From positions 1 through 37,887 of IMG/VR virus record IMGVR_UViG_3300048598_000596: DNA of 37,887 bases. One strand, written 5' to 3'. Within the stretch, counting starts at the first letter, position 1; each line of letters starts with the position of its first letter. Origin of the DNA: a virus. Taxonomy: Duplodnaviria > Caudoviricetes. The position numbers and the translations under genes were made by a program. This document shows, piece by piece, positions 27,326-34,747 of this stretch. The notes under the pieces are model-generated. The model saw nothing but the letters and a program-made list of their open reading frames with translations, ran no database searches and had not been told where the DNA came from.

Positions 27326-27448
27326 ATGACTAGTAAAATAGAAAATGGAGTCGAATACCGTTTAGTTATTTGCAGATACATTAGACGGTGTGGTAAAAAA
27401 ATTTACCCTAAAAACGCTAAGTTTTTTCGCTTTTGGGTAAAGGCGTAA
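27326..27448 (+). CDS. 40-aa basic small protein (not in ORF track)
   Basis: MTSKIENGVEYRLVICRYIRRCGKKIYPKNAKFFRFWVKA; strong SD AAAGGAGGTG at 27305-27314; own promoter and terminator. Confidence 0.75.
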   Translation: MTSKIENGVEYRLVICRYIRRCGKKIYPKNAKFFRFWVKA

Positions 27449-27468
27449 AGCTAACCTATGACTTCTTT

Positions 27469-27510
27469 GAATAAAGTGGGAATTGTGGACTCCCACTTTA
27501 TTCTTTTTTC
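27469..27510 (+). terminator. Intrinsic (probably bidirectional) terminator
   Basis: GAATAAAGTGGGA...TCCCACTTTATTC plus T-run, between convergent genes. Confidence 0.75.
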
Positions 27511-28408
27511 ATGCAGCCTCCTCCAATAATTTAATTTCTTCGCTCGATCTGTTTTCAGGTCGCTTTTTGCGGATGCGTGCCACCTCGGCGGCTATGGCTT
27601 TTTCTTTGTATTCGGCCGAGGCGCGCAAAGTATCTTTTAACTTACTTTCAATTTCAGCAAGAGAGTTTTTAAGTTTTGCAATCTCACTTTGACTAACTTT
27701 GTTTTGATCATTAGTGTCGGCAAAGTCAGTTGTAAGCTGAATAAAGTCACATTCGAGTAACTTGTATTTTTCATTTACATCATCAAAGTTACTTTTCAAA
27801 TCGTTGTAGTTACTTTCCGCTTTCAACCTCTCAGTTTCGGAAACAAAAAAGTCACCCATAAGACTATCAATCTTACCTTGAAGTAACTTTTCGTTTTCGC
27901 GAGTTACTTTGTAGTCTGTAGTCAATTTTTCATAGTTACCTTTAACAGCAAGCAACTCACCTTTAGTTTCATTCAAGTTACTTTCAAGCGCCTTATTCTT
28001 ACTTTCGAGTAACTGTTTATCCAGCTCCTTGCCCGAGTGCTGCTCTGCGTTAATCTGTCCCAGCGAATAAGTTATAAGACCTGAAAACAGCGATAAAAAC
28101 ACACTCATTGCAAAGCGAACCGGATTAGCCAGCAAAGTGTCGGCGTGCGATAAATTAAACCCGCAAAACACCAGTGCAATGTCAAACAGAGGAAATACAA
28201 CTGTAAGCCAGTTGCGCTTTGAAAGCCGCATAATAAGCACCGTTACCACCGAAAAGGCCACGGCGCCTACTATGCCAAAATACATATCAAGGGCGGCATG
28301 TTCGTCGAACATGTACTGCAGCGATTTTGTATTGATGTACGACAGCTCTGCTACCATAAACAGCAGCGCGATGCCTACGCCCGTTTTAGAAAGGAATTTG
28401 TCTATCAT
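27509..28408 (-). CDS. Multi-TM membrane protein with C-terminal coiled coil
   Basis: Four hydrophobic helices then heptad repeats. Confidence 0.7.
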   Translation of the reverse strand: MIDKFLSKTGVGIALLFMVAELSYINTKSLQYMFDEHAALDMYFGIVGAVAFSVVTVLIMRLSKRNWLTVVFPLFDIALVFCGFNLSHADTLLANPVRFAMSVFLSLFSGLITYSLGQINAEQHSGKELDKQLLESKNKALESNLNETKGELLAVKGNYEKLTTDYKVTRENEKLLQGKIDSLMGDFFVSETERLKAESNYNDLKSNFDDVNEKYKLLECDFIQLTTDFADTNDQNKVSQSEIAKLKNSLAEIESKLKDTLRASAEYKEKAIAAEVARIRKKRPENRSSEEIKLLEEAA

Positions 28409-28602
28409 AATGTAAGTTCTTTTAATTCTTTTTTAGCGTTTTCTTTTAAATACCGGTAGTAGGTTCGTTTGCTGATCCGGTAACGTGGATAGATAATGTC
28501 GTTGTACACAAACTCCTGCGATACGCCACGCCGGGTGTGTTCGAGGGTTACGGTTTGTATGTCAACAATTCGGGTTAATATGTTTTTTCGGTTGTAGGCC
28601 AC
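28405..28602 (-). CDS. Small HTH protein, candidate late-gene activator
   Basis: IYPRYRISKRTYYRYL HTH-like C-terminus; GTG start; distal early operon. Confidence 0.55.
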   Translation of the reverse strand: MAYNRKNILTRIVDIQTVTLEHTRRGVSQEFVYNDIIYPRYRISKRTYYRYLKENAKKELKELTL

Positions 28603-28621
28603 GCGCTTAAGAAAAAGTTGT

Positions 28622-28682
28622 TACCTTTGACTTGTCTAGGGTCAGAGGGGCTTTCGTGTGTTTGCGCGGAGCCTCTTTTTTT
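28622..28682 (+). ncRNA. Putative ~45-nt antisense RNA (promoter plus terminator)
   Basis: TACCTTTG at 28622-28629, hairpin 28646-28676 with G-U pairs on the plus strand, T7 run. Confidence 0.45.
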
Positions 28683-28938
28683 ATGCCAAATTTTTAGTTA
28701 AATCGGCTATTAATTCTTCTTTCGAGGCGTAAAAAACAGTTTCGGGCATGTAGTCGTTACTGGGTGTATGTAGCGCATCAAAAAGGGCGTAGCTATGATT
28801 ACAAGTTATCCTGCCTCCTACACTAACCAAATACTCAAGAGTGTTTCTCGTTCCGATTGTTCCTTCAGCTATTTTATTGTCTTTCATGTAATAAACCTTC
28901 TGACCGATTTTATATTTATGTTCCATCTCAGTTTTCAA
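28681..28938 (-). CDS. Hypothetical phage protein (SH3-like)
   Basis: KYKIGQKVYY ... FYASKEELI pattern; in early operon. Confidence 0.6.
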   Translation of the reverse strand: MKTEMEHKYKIGQKVYYMKDNKIAEGTIGTRNTLEYLVSVGGRITCNHSYALFDALHTPSNDYMPETVFYASKEELIADLTKNLA

Positions 28939-29152
28939 TTAGTTCGTACGACTGTGGGTATTGTTTTACAATATTCTTAATAGCATCAACGCACATTTGC
29001 TTTGTATTGTAGCTATTATTGTCGGCAAAAAACTTGCGCCAATTCTCGCGCATGTATGCTGATATATAGAACTTTCGAGAGCGCAAGTCTACCTGCGGCC
29101 TTAATTTTATTTTATCTAATTCACTCATTTTCTTTAAGTTATTAATTGTCAT
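28928..29152 (-). CDS. Hypothetical phage protein
   Basis: Fills operon between coupled neighbours; start uncertain (29152 or 29128). Confidence 0.45.
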   Translation of the reverse strand: MTINNLKKMSELDKIKLRPQVDLRSRKFYISAYMRENWRKFFADNNSYNTKQMCVDAIKNIVKQYPQSYELIEN

Positions 29153-29288
29153 CCTCGCGAAAACCTTCAATCATAGCCGATAATTCGCGGAGCTTTTCCC
29201 AATCCTTTGAACTCTTTATTCGCTGCCGTTGCAAGGCGCGCTGCTGTCGTAGCAGCGCGTTGTAGCAGCGTCGTTGCTCGCGTGTCAT
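29142..29288 (-). CDS. Hypothetical 48-aa phage protein
   Basis: MTREQRRCYN...; ATG overlaps the upstream stop. Confidence 0.45.
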   Translation of the reverse strand: MTREQRRCYNALLRQQRALQRQRIKSSKDWEKLRELSAMIEGFREDDN

Positions 29289-29572
29289 AGCACAATTTCG
29301 GTTAAATCGAGCGCATCGGCTATTTGTATTTCGAGGTTTCCGCCGCGACTGTCGTATGCATCCGGAAAAATGAAATAAGCATCGCAACTTACCAACGCAG
29401 CAATACATTTACGCATCGCCAAGCACCAGTTATCCTCGGTTTCAGGAATAAGCTTAATGGGGTTTACAACCTCCATTCCGCCCGCTGTAAACAACTCTTC
29501 AACCTTGTTAAATTTAGCCTCTACCGCCTCGCGTTCGAGGCCGGTTACCTTACCAATTAGATATACTTTCAT
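29285..29572 (-). CDS. DUF4406 / nucleoside 2-deoxyribosyltransferase-like protein
   Basis: KVYLIGKVTG, VVNP, CDA, SRGGNLE. Confidence 0.85.
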   Translation of the reverse strand: MKVYLIGKVTGLEREAVEAKFNKVEELFTAGGMEVVNPIKLIPETEDNWCLAMRKCIAALVSCDAYFIFPDAYDSRGGNLEIQIADALDLTEIVL

Positions 29573-30420
29573 GCTAAGTCAATTAAAGCGTTTCTAATTT
29601 TCCGGTTTGTTTTAGCCTTCTTTTTTAGCTTCTTAAGAGCCTCGTTGCGGATGAAATAAACATACTCGCGACTTATACCCAAATCCCGCGCGATGTCGGT
29701 ATCAATTTGACAGAATTCGCGACCAATTCCATACGTGCGAATAATTATATCAACCTCTCGTTCAGTTATATATCGCAAAAGCGTTTCTTTAACGCGACTT
29801 GGGTTGTTATATTCAACCGCATTGTTAAACAAAAGAATATCTGCCAGCGATGTGTTTTCGCTTTCGTCGCTACATTTGTCAATGTGCGTTACCGCTGTGC
29901 TACGGTTGGCAAGGTCGACACGCTGAACAGCAAAACCGAGTAAACTCGCAGCCTCCGGAAAGGTTAACATTATGCCGCTTTCGGCATAACAGCGGTCGAT
30001 GTAAGCCCTGCATTTGTTCAACTCGCTTGACGACTGCCCCGGAAGGCGTATTAAGCGCGAATCCTGATTAACGTACTTGAGTATTTCCATACGTATGTAC
30101 CACACCGCAAAAGAGATAAACTTGAGTCCTCGCGAAGGGTCAAAACGCTCGGCTGCCTGTATCAATCCGCAGTTGCCGACTTGTATTAAGTCGCACAATT
30201 CCACTGACCTATGCTGATACTGTTTAGCCACAGACACAACAAACCGCGCAGCACTTTTAATGAGCTTTTCGCGACTGGCCGCATCGCCGGCAGCGGCCAG
30301 CTCTGCAATGCGTACTTCGTCGGCGGCTGTAAGCACCTCACATTGCCGCATATCATTCATATACTTTTCTATATAACCGGTTCTAACGGTTATGTTTTCT
30401 GTTATTTTTAGTTGTCGCAT
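29569..30420 (-). CDS. Phage-encoded sigma-70 (RpoD/SigA-like) factor
   Basis: MRQLKIT N-terminus like the Bacteroidota primary sigma; RFVVSVAKQY, DLIQVGNCGL..AAERFD..RGLKFISFAVWYIR; region 4 HTH IARDLGISREYV. Confidence 0.88.
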   Translation of the reverse strand: MRQLKITENITVRTGYIEKYMNDMRQCEVLTAADEVRIAELAAAGDAASREKLIKSAARFVVSVAKQYQHRSVELCDLIQVGNCGLIQAAERFDPSRGLKFISFAVWYIRMEILKYVNQDSRLIRLPGQSSSELNKCRAYIDRCYAESGIMLTFPEAASLLGFAVQRVDLANRSTAVTHIDKCSDESENTSLADILLFNNAVEYNNPSRVKETLLRYITEREVDIIIRTYGIGREFCQIDTDIARDLGISREYVYFIRNEALKKLKKKAKTNRKIRNALIDLA

Positions 30421-30473
30421 TTTAGTGAGAGTTAAATACTATTTAATCGTTGTTTAAGGCTTGCAAGCTTGTT

Positions 30474-30516
30474 CCCTCCGACGGTTTCGAACCGCAGCAT
30501 CGCGCCGGGCGGAGGG
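30474..30516 (-). other. tRNA-like acceptor stem plus T-arm element in the sigma gene leader
   Basis: Minus strand CCCTCCG...GCGG-TTCGAAA-CCGT-CGGAGGG. Confidence 0.5.
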
Positions 30517-30523
30517 TTTGTTA

Positions 30524-30985
30524 TTAAGAAAAGCACGGAATTGGCATCCAGTGCGTTGGTATTTGGTTCTCGGCTTTAGAATCGAGAAACCCGTTGTCAT
30601 CCTTATTACTGTCTCGATGATAATAATCAGTAATACAACTGCAAAAGGCTGAACACCACACATGGCCTCCGTCCAAAAAACCTATCCTTATTCCTTTTGG
30701 ATTATAGTCCTCGTCAATCCATTCTTTATTAAATAGCAGAACTTCATATAACAGTCCCGGCAGCTTATCTTCAACAGAAATCCAATTGTTGTTCGAGATG
30801 ATACTTTTATTGTAAACATCATATTCGCCGTTGTTTGACCATGACTCTAAAAAACCTCTGTCTATCAATAAATCCGGAAGATTTTTAAGTTCCATCTCGA
30901 TCAGATCTGTTTCAACAGTAACTACCTGACCTTTTTTTTCGCCTGCGCAAAGAAGCACATGCCAAAGTATTTTTTGGCTTTCCAT
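30524..30985 (-). CDS. DUF551-domain phage protein
   Basis: WISVEDKLP ... PTHWMPIP. Confidence 0.8.
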   Translation of the reverse strand: MESQKILWHVLLCAGEKKGQVVTVETDLIEMELKNLPDLLIDRGFLESWSNNGEYDVYNKSIISNNNWISVEDKLPGLLYEVLLFNKEWIDEDYNPKGIRIGFLDGGHVWCSAFCSCITDYYHRDSNKDDNGFLDSKAENQIPTHWMPIPCFS

Positions 30986-30986
30986 C

Positions 30987-31580
30987 TTATATATTACTAA
31001 AATTCAGTTCAATACCTGTATATTCTCCGTTTTCGCTCTTTTGCCATACGCGCACGTAGCGTTTGCTGTTGTTGCGACTTATTGAGCCTTTTATCAGTTC
31101 CATTGCTTCGAGCCATTTAGGATGTGTTATTTTCAGTTCAAAAAGACCCAAAACGCGCTTCACGTCCATACTGCCTTTGCGGGTTTGGAAGGCCGCGTTA
31201 ACTATCTGTTGTATATCACTATTGGCACCTGTTGTGATTTCGGCCAGGTATTCTCTGATTTTTGCCTGCGCGATTTGTATCTGATCGTCAAACTCAACGC
31301 GATCCTGTACATTGACTTCTATTTTCAGCTTCTTATCGAACGATGTAAGACTGTAGTTGCCCTTGCCTTGCGAGCGCACACCGTTTTTAATCAACTGATC
31401 TTCAAAAAACACATCGCAATCGGCCAACATGTCTTTCTTCAAAGTGTCGAGCTGTTCGCTAAGCTTAATTGCTTTAGCTACATATTTTTGAACTATTTTT
31501 TCGCGTTCCTTATCTATTGCCGGAACGTAAACGGCCGGAACTTCGAGGCCTTCAGCGTTATACCATTTCTTTGCTGCCAT
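30987..31580 (-). CDS. DUF3164 family protein (Mu-like early gene)
   Basis: KGNYSLTSFD..KIE, FDDQIQIAQAKI, W..AMELI, IELNFS. Confidence 0.82.
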   Translation of the reverse strand: MAAKKWYNAEGLEVPAVYVPAIDKEREKIVQKYVAKAIKLSEQLDTLKKDMLADCDVFFEDQLIKNGVRSQGKGNYSLTSFDKKLKIEVNVQDRVEFDDQIQIAQAKIREYLAEITTGANSDIQQIVNAAFQTRKGSMDVKRVLGLFELKITHPKWLEAMELIKGSISRNNSKRYVRVWQKSENGEYTGIELNFSNI

Positions 31581-31584
31581 TTTC

Positions 31585-31788
31585 TTAAATATTTATGTAA
31601 TTGTTTTCTAATTGTTTGCGTAAATCACTCAGTGCGTTTATTTTCGCCTGATAGCGTTTAACTCCTACATCATCGCCGGTTTGAAAAAGGAATTCTTTTG
31701 TATTTTGATATTCTGTAGTTTGCTTTTCTATTAGTGCAATGACAGGTTTGACCTGCATTTGCTTTATTGCTTTGATAATACCAAACAT
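31585..31788 (-). CDS. Hypothetical phage protein
   Basis: 67 aa helical, fits operon. Confidence 0.5.
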   Translation of the reverse strand: MFGIIKAIKQMQVKPVIALIEKQTTEYQNTKEFLFQTGDDVGVKRYQAKINALSDLRKQLENNYINI

Positions 31789-32012
31789 GCCGCCGTCTTT
31801 TTAGGATAAATTGATACTGTTGTTTCGCGCTTAATGTCAATAATACCAGCGCCATAGCAGAGCGGACAAACATCGTTGTGTCCTTGAATATCGCCGTTGT
31901 GAGGGCTCTCATAGTCGAGAACCCAATACAGGCCTGTTCCATGACAATTACCACAAACTTCAGTTGTGTCGTTGTGATATTTTTTTTCGAAAGTTTTAGT
32001 TGATTGCTCCAT
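31764..32012 (-). CDS. DnaJ-type zinc-finger small protein
   Basis: CGNCHGTG ... CPLCYGAG. Confidence 0.7.
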   Translation of the reverse strand: MEQSTKTFEKKYHNDTTEVCGNCHGTGLYWVLDYESPHNGDIQGHNDVCPLCYGAGIIDIKRETTVSIYPKKTAACLVLSKQ

Positions 32013-32145
32013 TTTGCTGTTTATTAAGTATTTCTATTGTTCTGTTGTACTCCTCTCTATTCGCAGCCCAAAACTGGTTTGTCTCATCGTGACAGCGAAA
32101 CCAGTGTTCGAGGTCGAGCTTTTTTTGTTTGTAATTGATTGGCAT
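31996..32145 (-). CDS. Hypothetical 49-aa protein (not in ORF track)
   Basis: MPINYKQKKLDLEHWFRCH...; fills the gap and overlaps the next start. Confidence 0.5.
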   Translation of the reverse strand: MPINYKQKKLDLEHWFRCHDETNQFWAANREEYNRTIEILNKQQNGAIN

Positions 32146-32156
32146 AAGGCGTTAGT

Positions 32157-32627
32157 TTAGTACCGAAATTCAGTATTTAAATAAATAAGAGCCATATCGG
32201 TATTGAGAGGAACCTCTTTAAACCAATGATACCAGGAGTAAGGGCTAAGACCATCGTTTGTGGCTACCACATCGAGCGGAATGCTTTTACCATCAACCAG
32301 CGCCATTCCTTTTACTGTCTCACCCGAGAGCGTGAGCTCTGTAATCTGAAATAGAGCCACATCCACCTGCCCTTTTTTGAGCTGTAAAAATTCAACCTGC
32401 TGAGACCGACGAGGTTTACCCGCCCACTGCCGGAGTGATAACACCGCCTCGCCGGCGTTTACTTTATCAATTTTCTTTTTCCAATAACCATAATTGAGCC
32501 TGATTGTATGTTCTTTGATGCCTATACCGCCTTCTTTTTTTATTTTTCGTTTGAAAAAAGATTCAGACCCGTGCTCCGGATGTTTAGCCGGAAAATGTTT
32601 ACTTATTATTATTACGTATGTTTTCAT
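32157..32627 (-). CDS. ASCH/PUA-like domain protein
   Basis: KEHTIR, LSLRQWAGKP, VATNDGL..WF. Confidence 0.65.
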   Translation of the reverse strand: MKTYVIIISKHFPAKHPEHGSESFFKRKIKKEGGIGIKEHTIRLNYGYWKKKIDKVNAGEAVLSLRQWAGKPRRSQQVEFLQLKKGQVDVALFQITELTLSGETVKGMALVDGKSIPLDVVATNDGLSPYSWYHWFKEVPLNTDMALIYLNTEFRY

Positions 32628-32643
32628 ATAGTCCTGTTTTTTA

Positions 32644-33108
32644 TTAGTTTAAAGAGGTTTGAACGTCTATAAGCTCAGAGGCTACAAGCTCAATACGCCT
32701 TGCCGCCTTTGCTTTTTTGATAAAACCATTGTACAGGTCTTGTAACCGCGGTATCGGTATATCGTTGAACGACTTATAATCGCCTGCAGCTTGCAGAGCT
32801 ATACCTTTAATATATTCGATACTCGAATTATGATTGATAGCATCAAGGTATCCACCAATGGAGGCTATCACGCGCTTGCGCCACATATCAGCCTTAGCAT
32901 CGTTGGGTTTACGCGGCATCATACACTGCATTAGCGTAATAGCCTCGAGCAACTGTTCAATATCCAATTGAATTGAACTATCCACGCCAAAGCTTTGCAA
33001 AAAACTGCGGTAATGCTCTTCGCCCATGTTTATTGTAGCTTTCAGTATATGAATCTGTTGAACCAAAGCTTTTCTGTAAGCTTGCTGTTTTTCTGTCAAT
33101 TGTTTCAT
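32644..33108 (-). CDS. GemA-like (Mu gp16 / DUF1018) regulatory protein
   Basis: QIHIL...EEHYRSFL...SSIQLDIEQL; start ATG 33108. Confidence 0.6.
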   Translation of the reverse strand: MKQLTEKQQAYRKALVQQIHILKATINMGEEHYRSFLQSFGVDSSIQLDIEQLLEAITLMQCMMPRKPNDAKADMWRKRVIASIGGYLDAINHNSSIEYIKGIALQAAGDYKSFNDIPIPRLQDLYNGFIKKAKAARRIELVASELIDVQTSLN

Positions 33109-33119
33109 AGCTGTATGTT

Positions 33120-33836
33120 TTAATTGTTTACAATATTCTGCCCCCAGTACAGGGCTGCTTTTTCTTCGTCGATAGTAAGTGTACCGCCGGGGCATCTGCC
33201 CGAAACCATGCAGGCTAAACCTTTAACCCGCACTTTGATTTTAGCTAGTTTGCTAGCCAGCTTAGCCACCGCGGTATAAGGCTCGTTGCGCTCCTCATGC
33301 GCTACGCATACAAAAAGCTTATCGTGATGTTTCGCAACTAGTTTGCGGAATATGCCATTTTTCAATTCGTCGGCGTAAATGGTAAGATTGTCGAGAAATA
33401 CGATTTTAGGGGCTTGCTTTTTACTTAGCAGCTGGTCGAGTTCTTCAATTGGAATGTATTCCATAAACAGTAATCGACGATTACCTATATCAAACTTCAC
33501 ACGTTGTAAAGTTTCTTTAATAGATAAGCTCATGCCTTCCTCTGCACTGATATACAACACCTTTTCGAAGTCTGTCAGGTATTCGGCCAGTTTGAGGCTA
33601 AACCAAGTTTTGCCGTTTTTTTCAATACCATACACCAACCAAATGCCTGTCGTTTCAGGTGTTCCCATAACCTTTAGCCATTCATCAGTAAAAGCGAAGG
33701 TTTTGTATTTCTTCTGAAATATCTTAGACGCTGTACGTGCGCGCGTTGCTTTAACCTCAATTATTTTTGAATTTTGTTTTGTAGTTGCAGTGCTGGTAGG
33801 AGCCGTTTGTTCGCATGTTGTTTCAATCTGTTCCAT
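33120..33836 (-). CDS. RecA/Sms-like P-loop ATPase
   Basis: GIEKNGKT, VLYISAEEG, IVFLDN. Confidence 0.8.
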   Translation of the reverse strand: MEQIETTCEQTAPTSTATTKQNSKIIEVKATRARTASKIFQKKYKTFAFTDEWLKVMGTPETTGIWLVYGIEKNGKTWFSLKLAEYLTDFEKVLYISAEEGMSLSIKETLQRVKFDIGNRRLLFMEYIPIEELDQLLSKKQAPKIVFLDNLTIYADELKNGIFRKLVAKHHDKLFVCVAHEERNEPYTAVAKLASKLAKIKVRVKGLACMVSGRCPGGTLTIDEEKAALYWGQNIVNN

Positions 33837-33839
33837 CGC

Positions 33840-34736
33840 TTAAGAATTGAGAATTAACAACGATTCGGCGCGGCGCAAATCGCCAAACACGGCGCCATTG
33901 TCAGAGCGTAAGCATTTCAATACTAAAGTTTCTATGTCTATTTGAGCAGAAGCGTTAACAGCCAACACATCGCGAAGCATTTTTTTGTAGAACGAAAGCT
34001 TTTCGTTGCGTTCTACAGGGATTAGCGTTGTGTATCTTTTTGAGAATCGGCTAAACATAGCCCTGTAGCCTACCTTTTTGCTGTTGATTCCGCGTTCTAT
34101 TTTTTCTTGCAGCGAATCGTCGCCAATCTGGTACCAGCCGCAAATATTTTCGGTAGCATCAACCAGTTCGAGCAGTTCCATGTGTGCGTTATATTCGAGG
34201 TATCCGGCATCGTCGATAATGATGAGCGGCTTTTCGAGTATTTGCAAGTAATATTTGAGGTTGTTTTTTACGTCCGAATACTTTCCGGCTTCGTCTATAC
34301 CTATTGTTTTTGCTATAAGGCGGATAAATTGTTGTTTGGTTTTGGCCTGTTTAGCATCAACATAGAATACATTTTTAAGCGTACGGGCTAAGTATTTAGC
34401 CGAAAACGTTTTACCGATACCGCAATCGTCCACGCAAATTTTGCCTTTTGAGTATTCTTTGCAGAAAATAATATCTTCCTCAATCACATTAAACACCTCG
34501 GTGCGAGCCATTTTCCATTTACGTTCGTTTACCGTTACACCGAGCGAGCGGCCAAGTGATAAATATTGCGCATCGCTGAGAATGCGGTCGCGTTCGCCGT
34601 TTTTGAGTCGGCTATAAATAGCTGCCGACAACCCATTTTTGCGGGCAAAGGCGGCATCCGAGCCGTCATAGTTGTCGCGGCTCTCTAAGAGTGCATCAAC
34701 TACCTTGTTTTTAAAATCATTGTTTAATAGTAACAT
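33840..34736 (-). CDS. MuB-like AAA+ transposition ATPase
   Basis: N-terminal HTH, DDCGIGKT Walker A, IIIDDAG Walker B; directly after transposase. Confidence 0.82.
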   Translation of the reverse strand: MLLLNNDFKNKVVDALLESRDNYDGSDAAFARKNGLSAAIYSRLKNGERDRILSDAQYLSLGRSLGVTVNERKWKMARTEVFNVIEEDIIFCKEYSKGKICVDDCGIGKTFSAKYLARTLKNVFYVDAKQAKTKQQFIRLIAKTIGIDEAGKYSDVKNNLKYYLQILEKPLIIIDDAGYLEYNAHMELLELVDATENICGWYQIGDDSLQEKIERGINSKKVGYRAMFSRFSKRYTTLIPVERNEKLSFYKKMLRDVLAVNASAQIDIETLVLKCLRSDNGAVFGDLRRAESLLILNS

Positions 34737-34747
34737 CTTGTTTTGTT

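Noticed and set aside
30474-30516. Functional tRNA gene
   Set aside because: No D-arm or anticodon arm and no CCA; reported only as tRNA-like
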